Assembly: GCF_009914755.1 (NCBI RefSeq)
Contig: NC_060928.1
Source of the DNA: the human T2T-CHM13v2.0 reference genome, Homo sapiens
Length of the DNA: 64,000 nt
Reading direction: 5' to 3' (one strand)
Positions 11,918 through 25,183 of this stretch are shown here, piece after piece. The stretch's first letter is position 1. Each line of letters starts with the position of its first letter. The notes beneath the pieces were generated by a model. It ran no database searches. It saw only the letters and a list, made by a program, of their open reading frames with translations, and was not told the origin of the DNA. A program made the translations under genes and the position numbers.

Positions 11918-13387
11918 CTTTTTTTTTATGTTTCTCCATAGCATCTAGGAACAAAGCCAACCAATAAATAATCTAGTTACAGACTGTGGTACCTGCCTCC
12001 CCCCAGGCAGTGGCAAGACGTCAGGCTCCTGATGGCTCCCGCAACCCACGTGTAGCAGAGATGGGCATATGGTGAATGCACAATCAATCAATAGTCAGTT
12101 GTCAAATACAGCATGTGGTACAGCAGGAACATGTCAGAACCGGGAAGCAGCGATAGAACCTTCCTCCTCCCTCACTGAGTGAACAGAGCTTTACACTTCC
12201 CCTCATGGACCCAGATCCCCACCAAAGTGGCTCACCCAAACCCTTCCAGGTCTTCACGTCTTCCTGGACCTGAAAGACAGATTGGCTTCCTAGGGCCATT
12301 TTCTAAAAAGAGAAAGGGAGTTGCTCAATAGATTTCATATCTGCATCCCAGGAGAGTTATGGTCGTGTTGCATGGATGTGTGGAGGGTCATCCATCACCC
12401 ACAGACACCAGACAGCTCCAGAGAACAACTGACTTCTGTGTTTCCCTCAAGGAAACATCTTTTTGCAAGAAACAATGTCCCTTTGAAAGTTACTTTTAGG
12501 AGGGAAGTGAAGATGGATATACGCAGTGTAAAGCCCAGGAGAGCCTCCTGATAGGCAGAAGGCAATTACTCCAGCCCTGTGGCTGTCCCTTGAACAGCTC
12601 TTCTCGTGTCTGCAGAGGTCCAGCCAAGGATGACAGAGGTGCTTGGCCAATACCTGTCCAACTGAGGTCCCCTGACCATTTGCATCAAACTCACCTTGGG
12701 AGCTGAAAAAAGGAAATAAGGCAAAACCTGAGCCCCAGAGCAAACCAATTGAATCAGTCTGCTTTTTTCCTCCAGCTCCTCTGGTGACATTTATTCACCT
12801 TGAAGTTTTAGAACCGCTAAGTTAGAAGCTCCAATTCCCTTCCAAAGGAAGACAGGCCATTAGGTAAATAGAGACTCTCAGATTATTTTCATTTGGAAAC
12901 ACTTCTGGGAGCTCAAATCTCTGGAGGTGCAGGGCCGGTGCCTTCATCTATGCCCCCATTTAGTGGCTTTGCAGGGACAGGGTAGCTGGTGGACCTTCAA
13001 ATGCTGTTGCCATGGGATATTCACATTCAAAGGAAATCCTGAACTGGAAGAATTCCCAGTGGGTCCCATGGTGAGAATATGCTCATCTTGCATGAGAAGA
13101 GAAATAAAAATAGGAAGCCTGCAGAGGTTTAGCACTCTCTATTTCCCTAGGAAAGCAAGTCAGTTAGCAGGTTGCTTAGACATTCTCAAGCCAGACAGGT
13201 TCCCCAAGCAAAACCAGCTTCCAGTTTCATTTCAGTTTCAAGAGAAGACTCAGGGGAGTGGAGAAGGGGAGGAGAGGTGTGGCAAAGATCAGGGCTGGCT
13301 CCAAATCTGCAGGTTGCCAGCTGGACTTAAGAATATGTGTTGAAAATTGAGGGGTCTGTGAGTCCTAGCCACCTGTCACTAACTACT

Positions 13388-13850
13388 CTGTGGCAGAGAC
13401 AGTTGTGTGTCTCCCCATACCTATTTTCTCTGTCTTCTCAGGTACCAGAACCGCTTGCTGTTTAGCTGGGCACATGGTCGGAGCTACATGTCTTCCTTGT
13501 AGCTATGCATGGCCATAAGTCCAAGCTTTGGTCAATGGAATCTAGGTAGAAAATCAAGTCAGAATTTCCAGGATACTTCCTGAAGTTGTTACGCACTTTT
13601 TATTTCTCCTTTTTGTTTTTTTTCTCCATCCTGTTGCCTGGAGTACAGACATCACGATTTCAGGCTGTAAGATTAAGGCCAGTACAAGGGAGGGAGCAAG
13701 AAGGCGGGAAGAACAGGGTCTCTGAGGACTTTCAGGAGCAGAGCTGCCAAAGAGCCTTGGACTGCTTACCTTGGGACTTGACTTACATAAGAAAAAAAAA
13801 AAATAAACGTCTATCGTGTTTAAGCCCCATTTTTTTAAATGTCTTGCAGC
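13388..13850 (+). mobile_element. Old MaLR LTR (MLT1J/K-like)
   Basis: tgtggcagagac start, ggtcaatggaat, gccttggactgcttacc, aaataaac...tgtttaagcc. Confidence 0.65.
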
Positions 13851-14587
13851 CTTTGATGTTTTATCTCCTTATGGAGGTTAGTGTTTGGCAGTAACATAGC
13901 AGAGCAGCTGATCAAAGGCACGAGGAAGGCAACATGTATTTCATGGGAGCTGAGTCGAGAAGTTTTAGGTTTAAATCCTGGCCCTGTCACTCTTGAGCCA
14001 TGTGACCTCAGGCAAACCCAGTTACTTACAAGCCTCAGTTAACTAGGGTTAACTTGTAGAATGGGAATAATACTACCTACCCCCAAATGGCTGTTGAGAA
14101 GTTTTGGTCCATGGAATTTAGGTGGGAAATCAACTCATAATTACCAGAGGATAACTTCTTGGCTCAGTGCCCAGTAACAAGATGCTGTGTTGTGTGTTTT
14201 TCTTTTCGAGTTTAACGTCACAGCCAAATCCTTCTCACTCAACCCAGGTCGTTAGCACTGCTTTCAGATCTATATTGAGAACTTGTTCTGTTTTTAGTGC
14301 TCATTTTTAAGCAAAATGTGTGGCTTTTTCAGCATTCAACTCTGTTGATATCCACCTGCTGATTCTTCACAAGGGTTCTTCAAGCTGGGATCCCCTTCAG
14401 CTGTGAGGCACAGAGATTCGGTGGACACCATCATCTGGGTGTCCCCTTATCATAAGATTTAAAAAAATCCTGAGGCCAAAATCATTTGGCACATAACACC
14501 AACACATGCACTGTTATGGGTTTGAGTTCTACTTTGCTGATGTCTTTCCAAACTTTCTGACTTCTCTTGGACTTGGCTTACCTTATC

Positions 14588-14878
14588 TTTTTTTTTTTTT
14601 TTTTTTTTTTTGAGATGGAGTTTTGCTCTGTCACCCAGGCTGGAGTGCAGTGGCACAATCTTGGTTCACTGCAACCTCTGCCTCCTGAGTTCAAGTGATT
14701 CTCCTGCCTCTCAGCCTCCTGAGCAGCACCACCACATCTGGCTAATTTTTGTATTTTTAGTAAAGATGGGATTTTACCATGTTGGCCAGGCTGGTCTTGA
14801 ACTGCTAACTTCAAGTAATCCACCTGCCTCAGCCTCCCAAACTGCTGGCATTACAGGTGTGCGCCACCATGCCCAGCC
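14588..14878 (-). mobile_element. AluS with small internal deletion
   Basis: Dimeric Alu; tgggattacagg segment of right arm missing near 14725. Confidence 0.9.
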
Positions 14879-15446
14879 AGTTTACCTTATCTATACAGTG
14901 AGAATAATAAGATCAGCACTGTGTAGCTAAATTAGATAAGTTTATAAAGTGCCAGGCACAAACTGGTGACTCCATGTATGTGAATGTCTTTCCTTTTTCC
15001 TCATCCACAGGTCCTAAGACTTGGTTGTGGTGTAAGAGAACCAGGGATCAAACTCTGGGGTCTGGATTGACAGCCCCATGCACTTTCTTTCCTCTATACT
15101 GTGCTGCTTTTCACAGTTTTTGTCTTTTAGGAACCATACAGTATTTGGGGAAAGAGGGCGTCAAGCTGATTTTACCCCAGTGTAATGAGAAATAGGGTAG
15201 TCCACACCCTTTCCCCTGGCAGGTTCCAAACTTCAGAACATCTTCAGTTTGGCATCGATCTATATCTGTGGGGAAAGGGAGAAATCTACTTTCTTGCATT
15301 CCTTTTCACCATCTCTGAGTAAAGTATTATGAGAGTAAATGAGTTTTTGACTATATGGCTTATAATTGGGAAGAAGAAGAAAAGAGGAAGGAAGAGGGGA
15401 ATGAGAGAGAGAGAGATAGAGATAGAAAAAAATATATACATATATA

Positions 15447-17312
15447 CATTTACATGCCATATAACCATATTTTGGTCAATGATGGATCACATATATGACC
15501 GTGGTCTCATAAGAATATAATGGAGCAGAAAAATTCCTATTACTGTTATAGGAGTTATTAATAAATTATTTTAGGCAAATGGAGAGGAAAAGGGGTCCTT
15601 GGAAAGTTTTTGTTTCTTTTAAAGCAGCTCCAGAAATGCTTCTTGTCTAACAGGAAAGCCTGGGCTCTTAGAGCCAGCTAGCAAACTTTGATATGGAAAT
15701 GCCAGCCATTAGAAACTGGGTCCACCCAAACTTGGTGATTCCCACCCTGTTCTTCTTGCCCTTGTCCCCACATGTGCCTGGCAACATGGCCACCCCCACA
15801 TATCCCCACCTGTGTAGAACACCATGGTGCCTTGCATTTGCATATTAAAAGGCTAGGGTAGGAGGGCCAGTTTTATTCACGGGCTACATGAATGACATGC
15901 CTGGTCAAACCAATCCCCTAAACCCTATGCAAATCAGGCACCACCTCCTCCAGCCTCCTCCTATAAGCAACCACTTTTCTGCCACACAGGGGTTTTGTCT
16001 TTGTTCAAATCCCCCTCCATCTCTGTATGGGGGAGCTGTTTTCTTCTTCCTTCCTTCTTTCTTGCCTATTAAACTCTCTACTGCTTAAAACCACCCCACA
16101 TGTGTCCATGTTGTTTTATCCAGTTCGGCACAAGACTAAGGACCCTGGTGTTCCTCCACTGATCGGATCCATATCATTACCTAATGATGTTGTAGCCATT
16201 ATAACATCATAGCACAATGCATGACTCATGTGCTTCTGACGGTGACATTGGTGTGAACAAGCTCACTGTGCTGCCAGTCATATGAAAGTCTAGCACATAC
16301 AATTATGTACAGTACATAATACTTCTTAATGATAAAATAACTATAACACTGGTTTGAGTGTTTACTATATCATACTTTTTATTGTTATTTTAAAGCATCC
16401 CGCTACTGATTAGAAAAAGTTAACTGTAAAACAGTCTCAGGCAGGCCCTTTCGGAGGGATTCCAGAAGAAGTCATTGTTATCCTAGTAGATGACAGCTCC
16501 ATACGTATCATTGCCCCTGAAGACCTTCTAGTAGGACAAGATGTGGAGGCGGAAGGCAGTGATATTGATGATCCTGATGCTCAGCAGCTCTAGGCTAATG
16601 TGTGCATTTGTGTCTTAGTTTTTGGCAAAAACATTTAAAAAGTAAAAAAAAATAAAATAAAAATTAAAAAATTAAAAATAGAAAAAATTCTTCTGGAATA
16701 AGGACGTGAGGAAGGGAAATATTTTTGTAAAATGGTACAATGCGTTTGTGCTTAAGATAAGTCTTATTAGGAAAGAGTCAAAAAGTCAGAAAACTTTAAA
16801 CATTTATAATTGTAAAAGTTATGGTAACCTAAGGTTAATTTATTATTGAAGAAAAAATATAGTTTTATCAGTTCGATGTAGCCTAAGTGTAGAGATTCTA
16901 ATGTTGACGTGGGTTTACGGTGATGATCAAGCCTTCGCATTCACTCACCACTCATTCGTTAACTCATTCAGAGAAATTTCCAGTCCGCAAGCTCCCTTTA
17001 TGGTAAGTGTCCTACACAGGTGTACCCCTTTTATCTTTTATGTTGTATTTCTACTGTACCTTTTCTATGTTTAGATACACAAATTCTTACCATTGTGTTA
17101 CAACTGCCTACAATATTCAGCACAGCAACATCCTGTACAGGATGTTTTGTTTGTAACCTAGGTGCAATAGACCATGCTATATGGCCTAGGTAAGTAGTAG
17201 GTTACACAATCTAGGTTTGTGTAAGTACATTCTATGACGTACACACAATGTTGAAATCACCTAACGATGTATTTTTCAGAATACGTCCCCATTAGTATGT
17301 GACACATGACTG
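15447..17312. mobile_element. Tigger3b (MER7B/Golem) DNA-transposon fossil interrupted by an ERV1 LTR
   Basis: ggtcaatgatgga...cataagaatataatggagc start, gaagaccttctagtaggacaagatgtggagg body, catgactg end in TA-rich flanks. Confidence 0.85.
15544..16176 (+). mobile_element. ERV1 solo LTR, LTR9-family-like, 633 bp
   Basis: tgttatagg...catatca ends, 4-bp TSD ttac (15540-15543, 16177-16180); CCAAT 15910, TATA-like 15962, ATTAAA 16068. Confidence 0.8.
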
Positions 17313-19251
17313 TGTATGTATATATATGTGTATATTCATATACATATACATACACACACACACACATATAAAGAGAGAGGAGAGAGAGAGACTCAGTCAT
17401 CTAGCTCTCTGGGTATTTCAGTTTATTCACTGGACAACAGTTCTTTGATCTGAAGATTATGAGCTAATAATTCGAAGCCACAGATAGTCCAAACTCACAG
17501 AAACAGCTACACAGGAAACACTTAACAGGGGGTTGAAGAACAGGCATAATGTTCTAAGTAGGTGGCCCTTGGAAGTTTACTTCTGTTCTCTAGTTCTTAA
17601 TTTCCTCATATGTAAAATATAGTAATACAATCTCAGACTACCCGAGTCCCCAGGACCTTTAATTTTTTTTTTTTTAAATCTGTGCCTAAAGCTGGTTATA
17701 TGGAGCTACCACAAATTGGTTGAATGAATGGATGGGTGAGTGGGTGAATGGTGATAGGGAAGGCAGCTGCCTCCCACCTCATTCCTTGATTGCCCTTAGA
17801 AATGCAAATGAAATAATAGAGACATTTGTTATCTAGAGAATAGAGAACAGCTTCTTGGTGGGAACAGTCTGGATAGTTTTCTTCTCTCTCTCTCTTTTTA
17901 ACCCTTGGTCAGCAAGTCTAAAGAATGGCCCAGAACTACTTGAATTGGAATTATCTTGTTAAAAGTAGGGATTCCCTGGCCTTACCATATGCCTGCCAAA
18001 GAGCGTAAACCCTAACATGGGCTAGAAAATATTCATTTTCAACTGTTGTGATTTTTAACTATTGTAATTGAATTTTGAAGACAATGTTAATCCTTGAGTT
18101 TACCAATCTTGGGATGATCTGAAATCCTGGCTTGTCCCAGAGATTCAACTATCAATTTTTTTATTTGTTTCTGTTCACGAATATTCCCAACACCCTGGGG
18201 AGAGAACCAGGAGGATCCAGCCTCTGCTAAATTAATACAGGCATTGCAGCATCTGGAAACAGCCAGCAGGAGGCATTGGATGCTCACATATTCTATACCT
18301 GCCTGTCTCCCTCTTGTCCTAAAATCCTTATTAATTTTTCTTTTACAAGTAGGAAAAATCAACCTTGAAGACTGCTTTCCTTAGAAAAACTTAAAAGTAG
18401 TATTTTCCCTGACAAGATGAAATTTCTTGTCTTTTAAATCAAATCAGCTAATATCTATCTTCATCAATGTTTTTATTATACGTGGAGGCTTAAGACAGAA
18501 GGACCCACTTTCTAAATAGGGCCATCTTTTCCAGTTTCATTCTTTATTTAGGGGAAGGAGAAAAACTCATGAGTTTATTTTATGGAAAGCATTGCACTGT
18601 TCTCTGTGTATCAGCCTCCGAGAAGGTATTGACCTTGACAGACTGTCCCAGTTGGAACATGTGTCTGTCTTCTCCAGGCTTGGAATGGTTTTCTAAAGAA
18701 TATTTTTCGATAGATTGTTTTTAGTATACAAAATCATATGCTACTGTAGAAAGTTATAAGACACAGATATGCAAAAAAGAAGGAAATAAAAATTACTATA
18801 CTGTTACCACAAATAATCCAAATATACAAATATTTGATTATAGTCAAGTCACTCATACACATACACAGACACACACACAATCACACACACCTCACATCAT
18901 AGATATATAGCTTATAAATATACAATCACTCCTTGTACCCTATTTTTTACCTGCTTTTTCACAAAATCACATGCTATCAACATATCCATGGCAATGAATG
19001 TGCTTCAACATCATCATTTTAATGGCTTCCTAGTATTTTCTCGCATGAACGCCCTCTCCTGTTTTCAAATGATCCCATCGTCAAAAATCAGAAACAACTT
19101 GAAGGATCTGGGAATGTTATCAAGCCACCGTCACGCACAGTCTTTTTTGTAAATCCTCATGCATATCTTAATTAGATCAGGTCTGCTATTCTTTGGTAGA
19201 CATTTGTAGTGGTTCATAAGTATGCCTAGGCTGATTCATAAGTATGCATAG

Positions 19252-19590
<339 letters not shown>

Positions 19591-20932
19591 TGGGCTGTTA
19601 TTTTGAACAGACTGGGAATGTCATAATTTGCTGCTAAGTGTTTCTTTCCGGTAAGGTGTAGGTTCGAGTGTGTATGAGCAGGCCTGGGCGACTTTATATC
19701 AATGGACTTTTGTGGGGTTTCGATTTGTTTTCTTTTTCCTGCTGGTGTCTCTAGATTGCTGTCAAGGAAACGGAGTGCCCATCTGCCCATTTCTCTGTGC
19801 CTTAACCAAGGTGGGGAGCAAGATGGGAGGAAGAGGATACAGGTAGTTGGAGCTGGCTGCTGTATTTTACCTGTGTGCTTTATGATTCACCGGTCACCAA
19901 GCACATCAGACAAGCCACTTCATTCCCAGGTACCACCCCCTTAGAATATTCTCTTCCCTCCAGGATGCCAGTGCAGGATGGGAGGGGTGAGAGGTGCAGG
20001 TAGGTGGAGAGGTGCATTTGATACTAAAGACCCCAACACAATTTGGTATCATCTACCTTGAGAGAAGACAATCTTGTTTAGGCCTGACTGGGAAGTTGAA
20101 TGAAAACTTTTTCTGTAGAGGGATTAAGGCTGGGTGCTCTCTCCCTGTGTGAACTCGTATTTCCCACTTTCACTTTTGCTTTTGCCCAGTTCTCCCAGCT
20201 GCTGGGTGGGACATGCTGAGTGCTGGTTTTGTACTCCCACATGCTCTATAGTGAAACTTTCAAATGCCTTTGCTGATTACATAACTCCTTATGACTCCAT
20301 CGCTTCTTTGGTGTTTCCTCTGGACAATGTCTCCATTTTTCTGCCTCATTCCAGTCATTCTATCTAGACACCAGCTTTCTAGGGAAGTTCTGTGGGACTT
20401 TCCCTGAAATAATAACCCTCCCCAGTGAATACTACATGCTTTTTCTCAAACTTTAATGGGCTCCTGTTAAGTGCGTAGTACCAGAAAATAGGCTATGAAG
20501 AGAGATACAGGAGAGGCATCAAAGGTGGCTTTTGAACCATTCATTCTTTCCACTCATGTTTTGGGGGTAACCAATTATATGGAATTTAGTTGAGTGAATA
20601 CTAGTGAGTCACCATAAGACTGGCACTGAGGTAGACTTATACCCATTGCACAGATGAAGGAACTCAGGCTCAGAAAGATCTGTGCTTCATGCAAAGCTGC
20701 ACAGCTAAGTAGAGAGCCAGGATTCCCATCCAGCCACCCAGCCTCCAAAGCTTTGGACAGTCACAGATCAGGCTGTACCCTGGGGCAACTGGAAGGAATG
20801 GCATTACTAGCTAATGTCATTTCAAATAGGCCATAGTTTTATTGAAATAAAAACAAAAAAGAATGGAAATAACAGCCCAACAGACCCATGCTGACATTCC
20901 CACCACTTAGGTGACAGAGAGCCCCGACTCAC

Positions 20933-20961
20933 CTGTGGCACTATTGATGCGAGGCCATGAC
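20933..20961 (-). CDS. CLNK: CLNK internal coding exon (29 nt, probably exon 4), (R)SWPRINSAT(G)
   Basis: Minus strand tttaacttggttctcttttctgccctag|GTCATGGCCTCGCATCAATAGTGCCACAG|gtgagt; branch-like ttaac; phase 2 to 1. Confidence 0.95.
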
Positions 20962-21278
20962 CTAGGGCAGAAAAGAGAACCAAGTTAAATGTCCATTGCT
21001 CCACCTCCACCGACCCCCCGCCACATAGGAACAGGCAGTCATCAAACGTCATTGTACAAGTCAGCCTCTGAAGCTGCTTTATGTATGTACTATTGTAGAC
21101 CTGAAGTCACATATTATTCTATTATATATAGAAATATTGTACATATTTCTATTTTCTGGAAAATAGCATGTAGAAGAAAATAAAAATTGACACCACAGGT
21201 TATATGTTGGTTATTCTCATGTAAATAGCTGTATACGTACCTGAAGATGTATGCATACATTTAAACACATATAGGTAG

Positions 21279-21660
21279 TGTTAAATCAAGCTTAGCCTAA
21301 AGCTGCCTCCTTACATATTTTAAGTTCTGCCTAAAGGTTTCTCTATACATCATGAACTATAAACAGATGGTAGCCTATAGTTGTGGCAATCACCGAGTTT
21401 TGGCCAATCAAATGTAGCCAACTGTTCGAACTGTGTTCAAATCAGGCAAACGCCGAGCTGTAACCAATCCAGCTGTTTCTGTACCTCACTTCCATTTTCT
21501 ATATATCACTTTCCTTTTTCTGTCCATAAACCTTCTTTCACCACGTGGCTGCACCGGAGTCTCAGCCTCCTCTGGCTGGGAAGGCCACCTGATTCTCAAA
21601 CCATTCATTGGCCAATTAAGCTCCTTTAAATTTCATTCAGCTGAAGTTTTTCTTTTATCA
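21279..21660 (+). mobile_element. MER57-family ERV1 solo LTR
   Basis: tgttaaatcaagcttagcctaaagctgcctccttac...gtttttcttttatca; several CCAAT boxes; flanks gtag/gtat. Confidence 0.85.
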
Positions 21661-21675
21661 GTATAAATATAAAAG

Positions 21676-21800
21676 AGCCCAGCATGGTGGCACACACCTG
21701 TAGTCCCAACTCCTCAGGTGGCTGGGGTGGGATGATCACTTGAGCCCAGGAGTTCACGTCCAACCTGGGCAACATAGCAAGATCTCTTGAAAAAATAATA
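21676..21800 (+). mobile_element. FLAM/Alu monomer
   Basis: gcatggtggcacacacctgtagtccc...ttgagcccaggagttc...caacatagcaaga then A-rich tail. Confidence 0.75.
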
Positions 21801-21888
21801 ATATCAAATAACGTGTAGGATTTTGATGTTACAAATATATTCTATATCTTCAAATGTTATTCAAAAACAAAGTATTGATTATCTACCT

Positions 21889-22225
21889 CAGTGGTCCTCA
21901 ACCATTTTGGCATCAGGGACCAGTTTCCTGGTATTTCCACAGATGGGGGTGGGGGATGGTTTCGGGATGAAGGGAAGAAATTGTTCTACCTCAGATCATC
22001 ATGCGTTGGTAGGAGTCTCACAAAGAGCGTGAACCTAGATCACTCTCATGCACGGTTCACGGTAGGGTTTGTGCTCCTATGAGAATCTAATGCTGCTGCT
22101 GCTCCGACAGGAGACAAAGCTTAGGCGATAATGCTTGCTTGTCCACTGCCCACCTCCTGCTGTGCCCAGTTCCTAACACACCACAGACCAGTACTGGTTC
22201 GTGGCCTGGGTGTTGGGGACCCCTG
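21889..22225. mobile_element. MER1B (hAT-Charlie non-autonomous)
   Basis: TIRs cagtggtcctcaac / gttggggacccctg; 8-bp TSD atctacct / atctacat. Confidence 0.85.
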
Positions 22226-22333
22226 ATCTACATGATATTTTGAAGGGGCATTTAGGTTTTTGCTAGTCCTAACTATGTAAAATGCTGCTGCTGTGTGTAT
22301 TTATCATTTTAAACCTCATCTCTGAATCTTTCT

Positions 22334-22616
22334 TTTTTTTTCTTTTTTTTTTTTTTTTGAGACAGAGTCTCTGTCACCAGGCTGGAGTGCAGTGGTACGA
22401 TCTCTCCTCCCAGGTTCAAGCAATTCTCCTGCCTCAGCCTCCTGAGTAACTGGGATTACAGGCACGTGCCACCACGCCTGGCTAATTTTTGTATTTTTAG
22501 TAGAGACGGGGTTTCACCATGTTGGCCAGGATGGTCTCGATCTCTTGACCTCATGATCCACCCACCTCGGCCTCCCACAGTGCTGGGATTACAGGCTTGA
22601 GCCACCACGCCCAGCT
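22334..22616 (-). mobile_element. AluSc-like with internal deletion
   Basis: TSD tgaatctttct at 22323 and 22617; gtcaccaggctgg and gatctcttgacctc diagnostics. Confidence 0.9.
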
Positions 22617-22958
22617 TGAATCTTTCTATATAGAGATGTTATCAAGCACAATGAAGGGGTCAAATAATGTGAACACTCTGGGCCCTTTGTTGCATATTAC
22701 TCAGTAGCTTTCTGGATGAGCTGCACCAATTTATATTAATTGATATTCTTATGCATGGAATGTGAAGTGCTCGTCTCACTGTATCTCACCACCATTAAAT
22801 CCATACCTTATAACCAGTTTGCCTACATGGCACTTGATTCCGCATTTTACCCATTTCACTTCCTTGATGACTAGTGAGATTGAATTTCTTTTTTCCCAAA
22901 AGGTTTTGGGCCATTTATGTGTCTTCTTTCGTAAGTTATCTGTACATGTCTTTGCCCA

Positions 22959-23408
<450 letters not shown>

Positions 23409-24650
23409 TGAGCTTACTTGTTTGTGCCTTTAATAATCCCAGGCCTCTGCATTACACCTTTCCTCCAAGGCACTCAACGTGCGTCACAGGAGCAATTAAT
23501 TGAACATCGCAACACACGCCAGGTGTAAATATTTATGAGGTCTCTTCGGTGTCTGGGACGTTGGGCACAGAACAGTGAAGCAGTAAGATGTTTGTAACCA
23601 GGAGACCACGGTCTACAAGTTGAGTCTGACTTCAGCGTAACTTACTGCCTTCTGTTCACCATTTTAAACCCCAAATGAAATAACCTGTGGGCTCGCTGTT
23701 ATCGCCTCAACTTTACAGAATAGGAAATAGGGTATTCAGAGGGCTCTACAACTTGCCCAATCCACAGAGCCTCTAAGAGTGAGGGATTTGACACCAGCCT
23801 ATCTGCCTCCCCGGTCCCTACTGTCTCCCCTACCCCAGGCCTATAGGAAATGGCAAGTCCTGCTTAGGAGGCACCGTGCAGCTGCGACCTCAGAGCCCTT
23901 GTGGTTAACAGTTGGCGCCCTTTCAAGCTGCCGGAGGTTCTGCAGAAATTAGCAGTAAATCAGCTGGTGAGGAGCAAATCATTTATCGAGGGCCTGAGTG
24001 TTCTCTCTTGACACTTTAGACATATGGCCTCTTCTCTGATATCTTGGTCTTTGATTAAGGCCTCAAAAGGCTCCCAGGACTTGCAACTCATGACATGGGA
24101 AGTGGAAATGATATGTTTTTGTGATTGTGTACAGTGAGCTTAATGTAAGCGTGGCAAGCCATCCCATTGATCAAAGGCAGAGCATCCAACGCAGGCGGCA
24201 TGCAAATCTGAGCTCGGGAATTTTGAAGAAAAGGCAAACCGTTCCTGAGATTCCAGAAGGAACTTTGACTTCTAAATTAGGGTTCTTGTTATCTTCTAAC
24301 CCTGACCTTATCTGGATTTTAGCCTGACCTTATCTGGATTTTAGAATCAAAGACAAACTAGTGCTAAAAAGCATGTTGGAGATAATGTCCAGTTCGTTAG
24401 TTTTTTAAATGGGAGAACTGGGGCCTAGAGTGGCTAGCGGGTTGTTCCCAGTCTCAGACACTTGGAGGCAGAACTGAAGTCTTCTGACATCTAAAAAGAG
24501 TAGCACCAAACAGAAAATAAAATAACTCGTATTCGTGAGCACCTGTTTGGGCACTAAGATAGGTTCAACTCTGGCTGGTAGACATTTTGTTGTTGTTGTT
24601 GTCTGTTCAACCCATTTACATTCATTTTCACAATTTTTAGAATGTTCCTA

Positions 24651-25183
24651 TTTACTTTTTTAACTTACAAAAAGCTGTACATAGTTAATGTTTACAACTT
24701 GATGAGGTTGGATATAAGTATATACTTGTGAATGGACAAGTATTACATGATACTACTTTTCTGATACATCTAAAATAGTCAAACTCATAGAGGCAAATAT
24801 ACATCTATATTATATATCTAAAATAGTCTATATATTATATGGTATATACTATATTGTATATACTACATACAATGTATTATACGTCTAAAATAGTCAAACC
24901 TATAGAGTGGAAGGGTGGGTTGCCAAGGGCTGGGTGGAGGAGAAAATGAGGAGATATCAGTCAAAGGGTACAAAGCTTTGGTTAGACAAGATAAATAAGT
25001 CCTCAAGATATACTGGACAGCATAGTGCCTACACCTAACGGTACTATATCATATAATTGAATTTTTGCTAAGAGAGTAAATCTTATATTAATTGTTCTTG
25101 AAGTATACACACTTAATCATAATAATAAGTAAAGAGGGTGGGAGGAAACTTTTGGAGGTGATGGGTACATTGAAGGCATAGAC
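24651..25183. mobile_element. L1M 3' UTR fragment with internal inversion
   Basis: 24651-24732 is the L1 3' terminus on minus; 24733-25183 is upstream 3' UTR on plus. Confidence 0.7.

Noticed and set aside
13764-13800. Possible 12-nt minus-strand microexon with strong donor aag|gtaagc
   Set aside because: Acceptor is a weak AAG overlapping another donor-like site inside an LTR.
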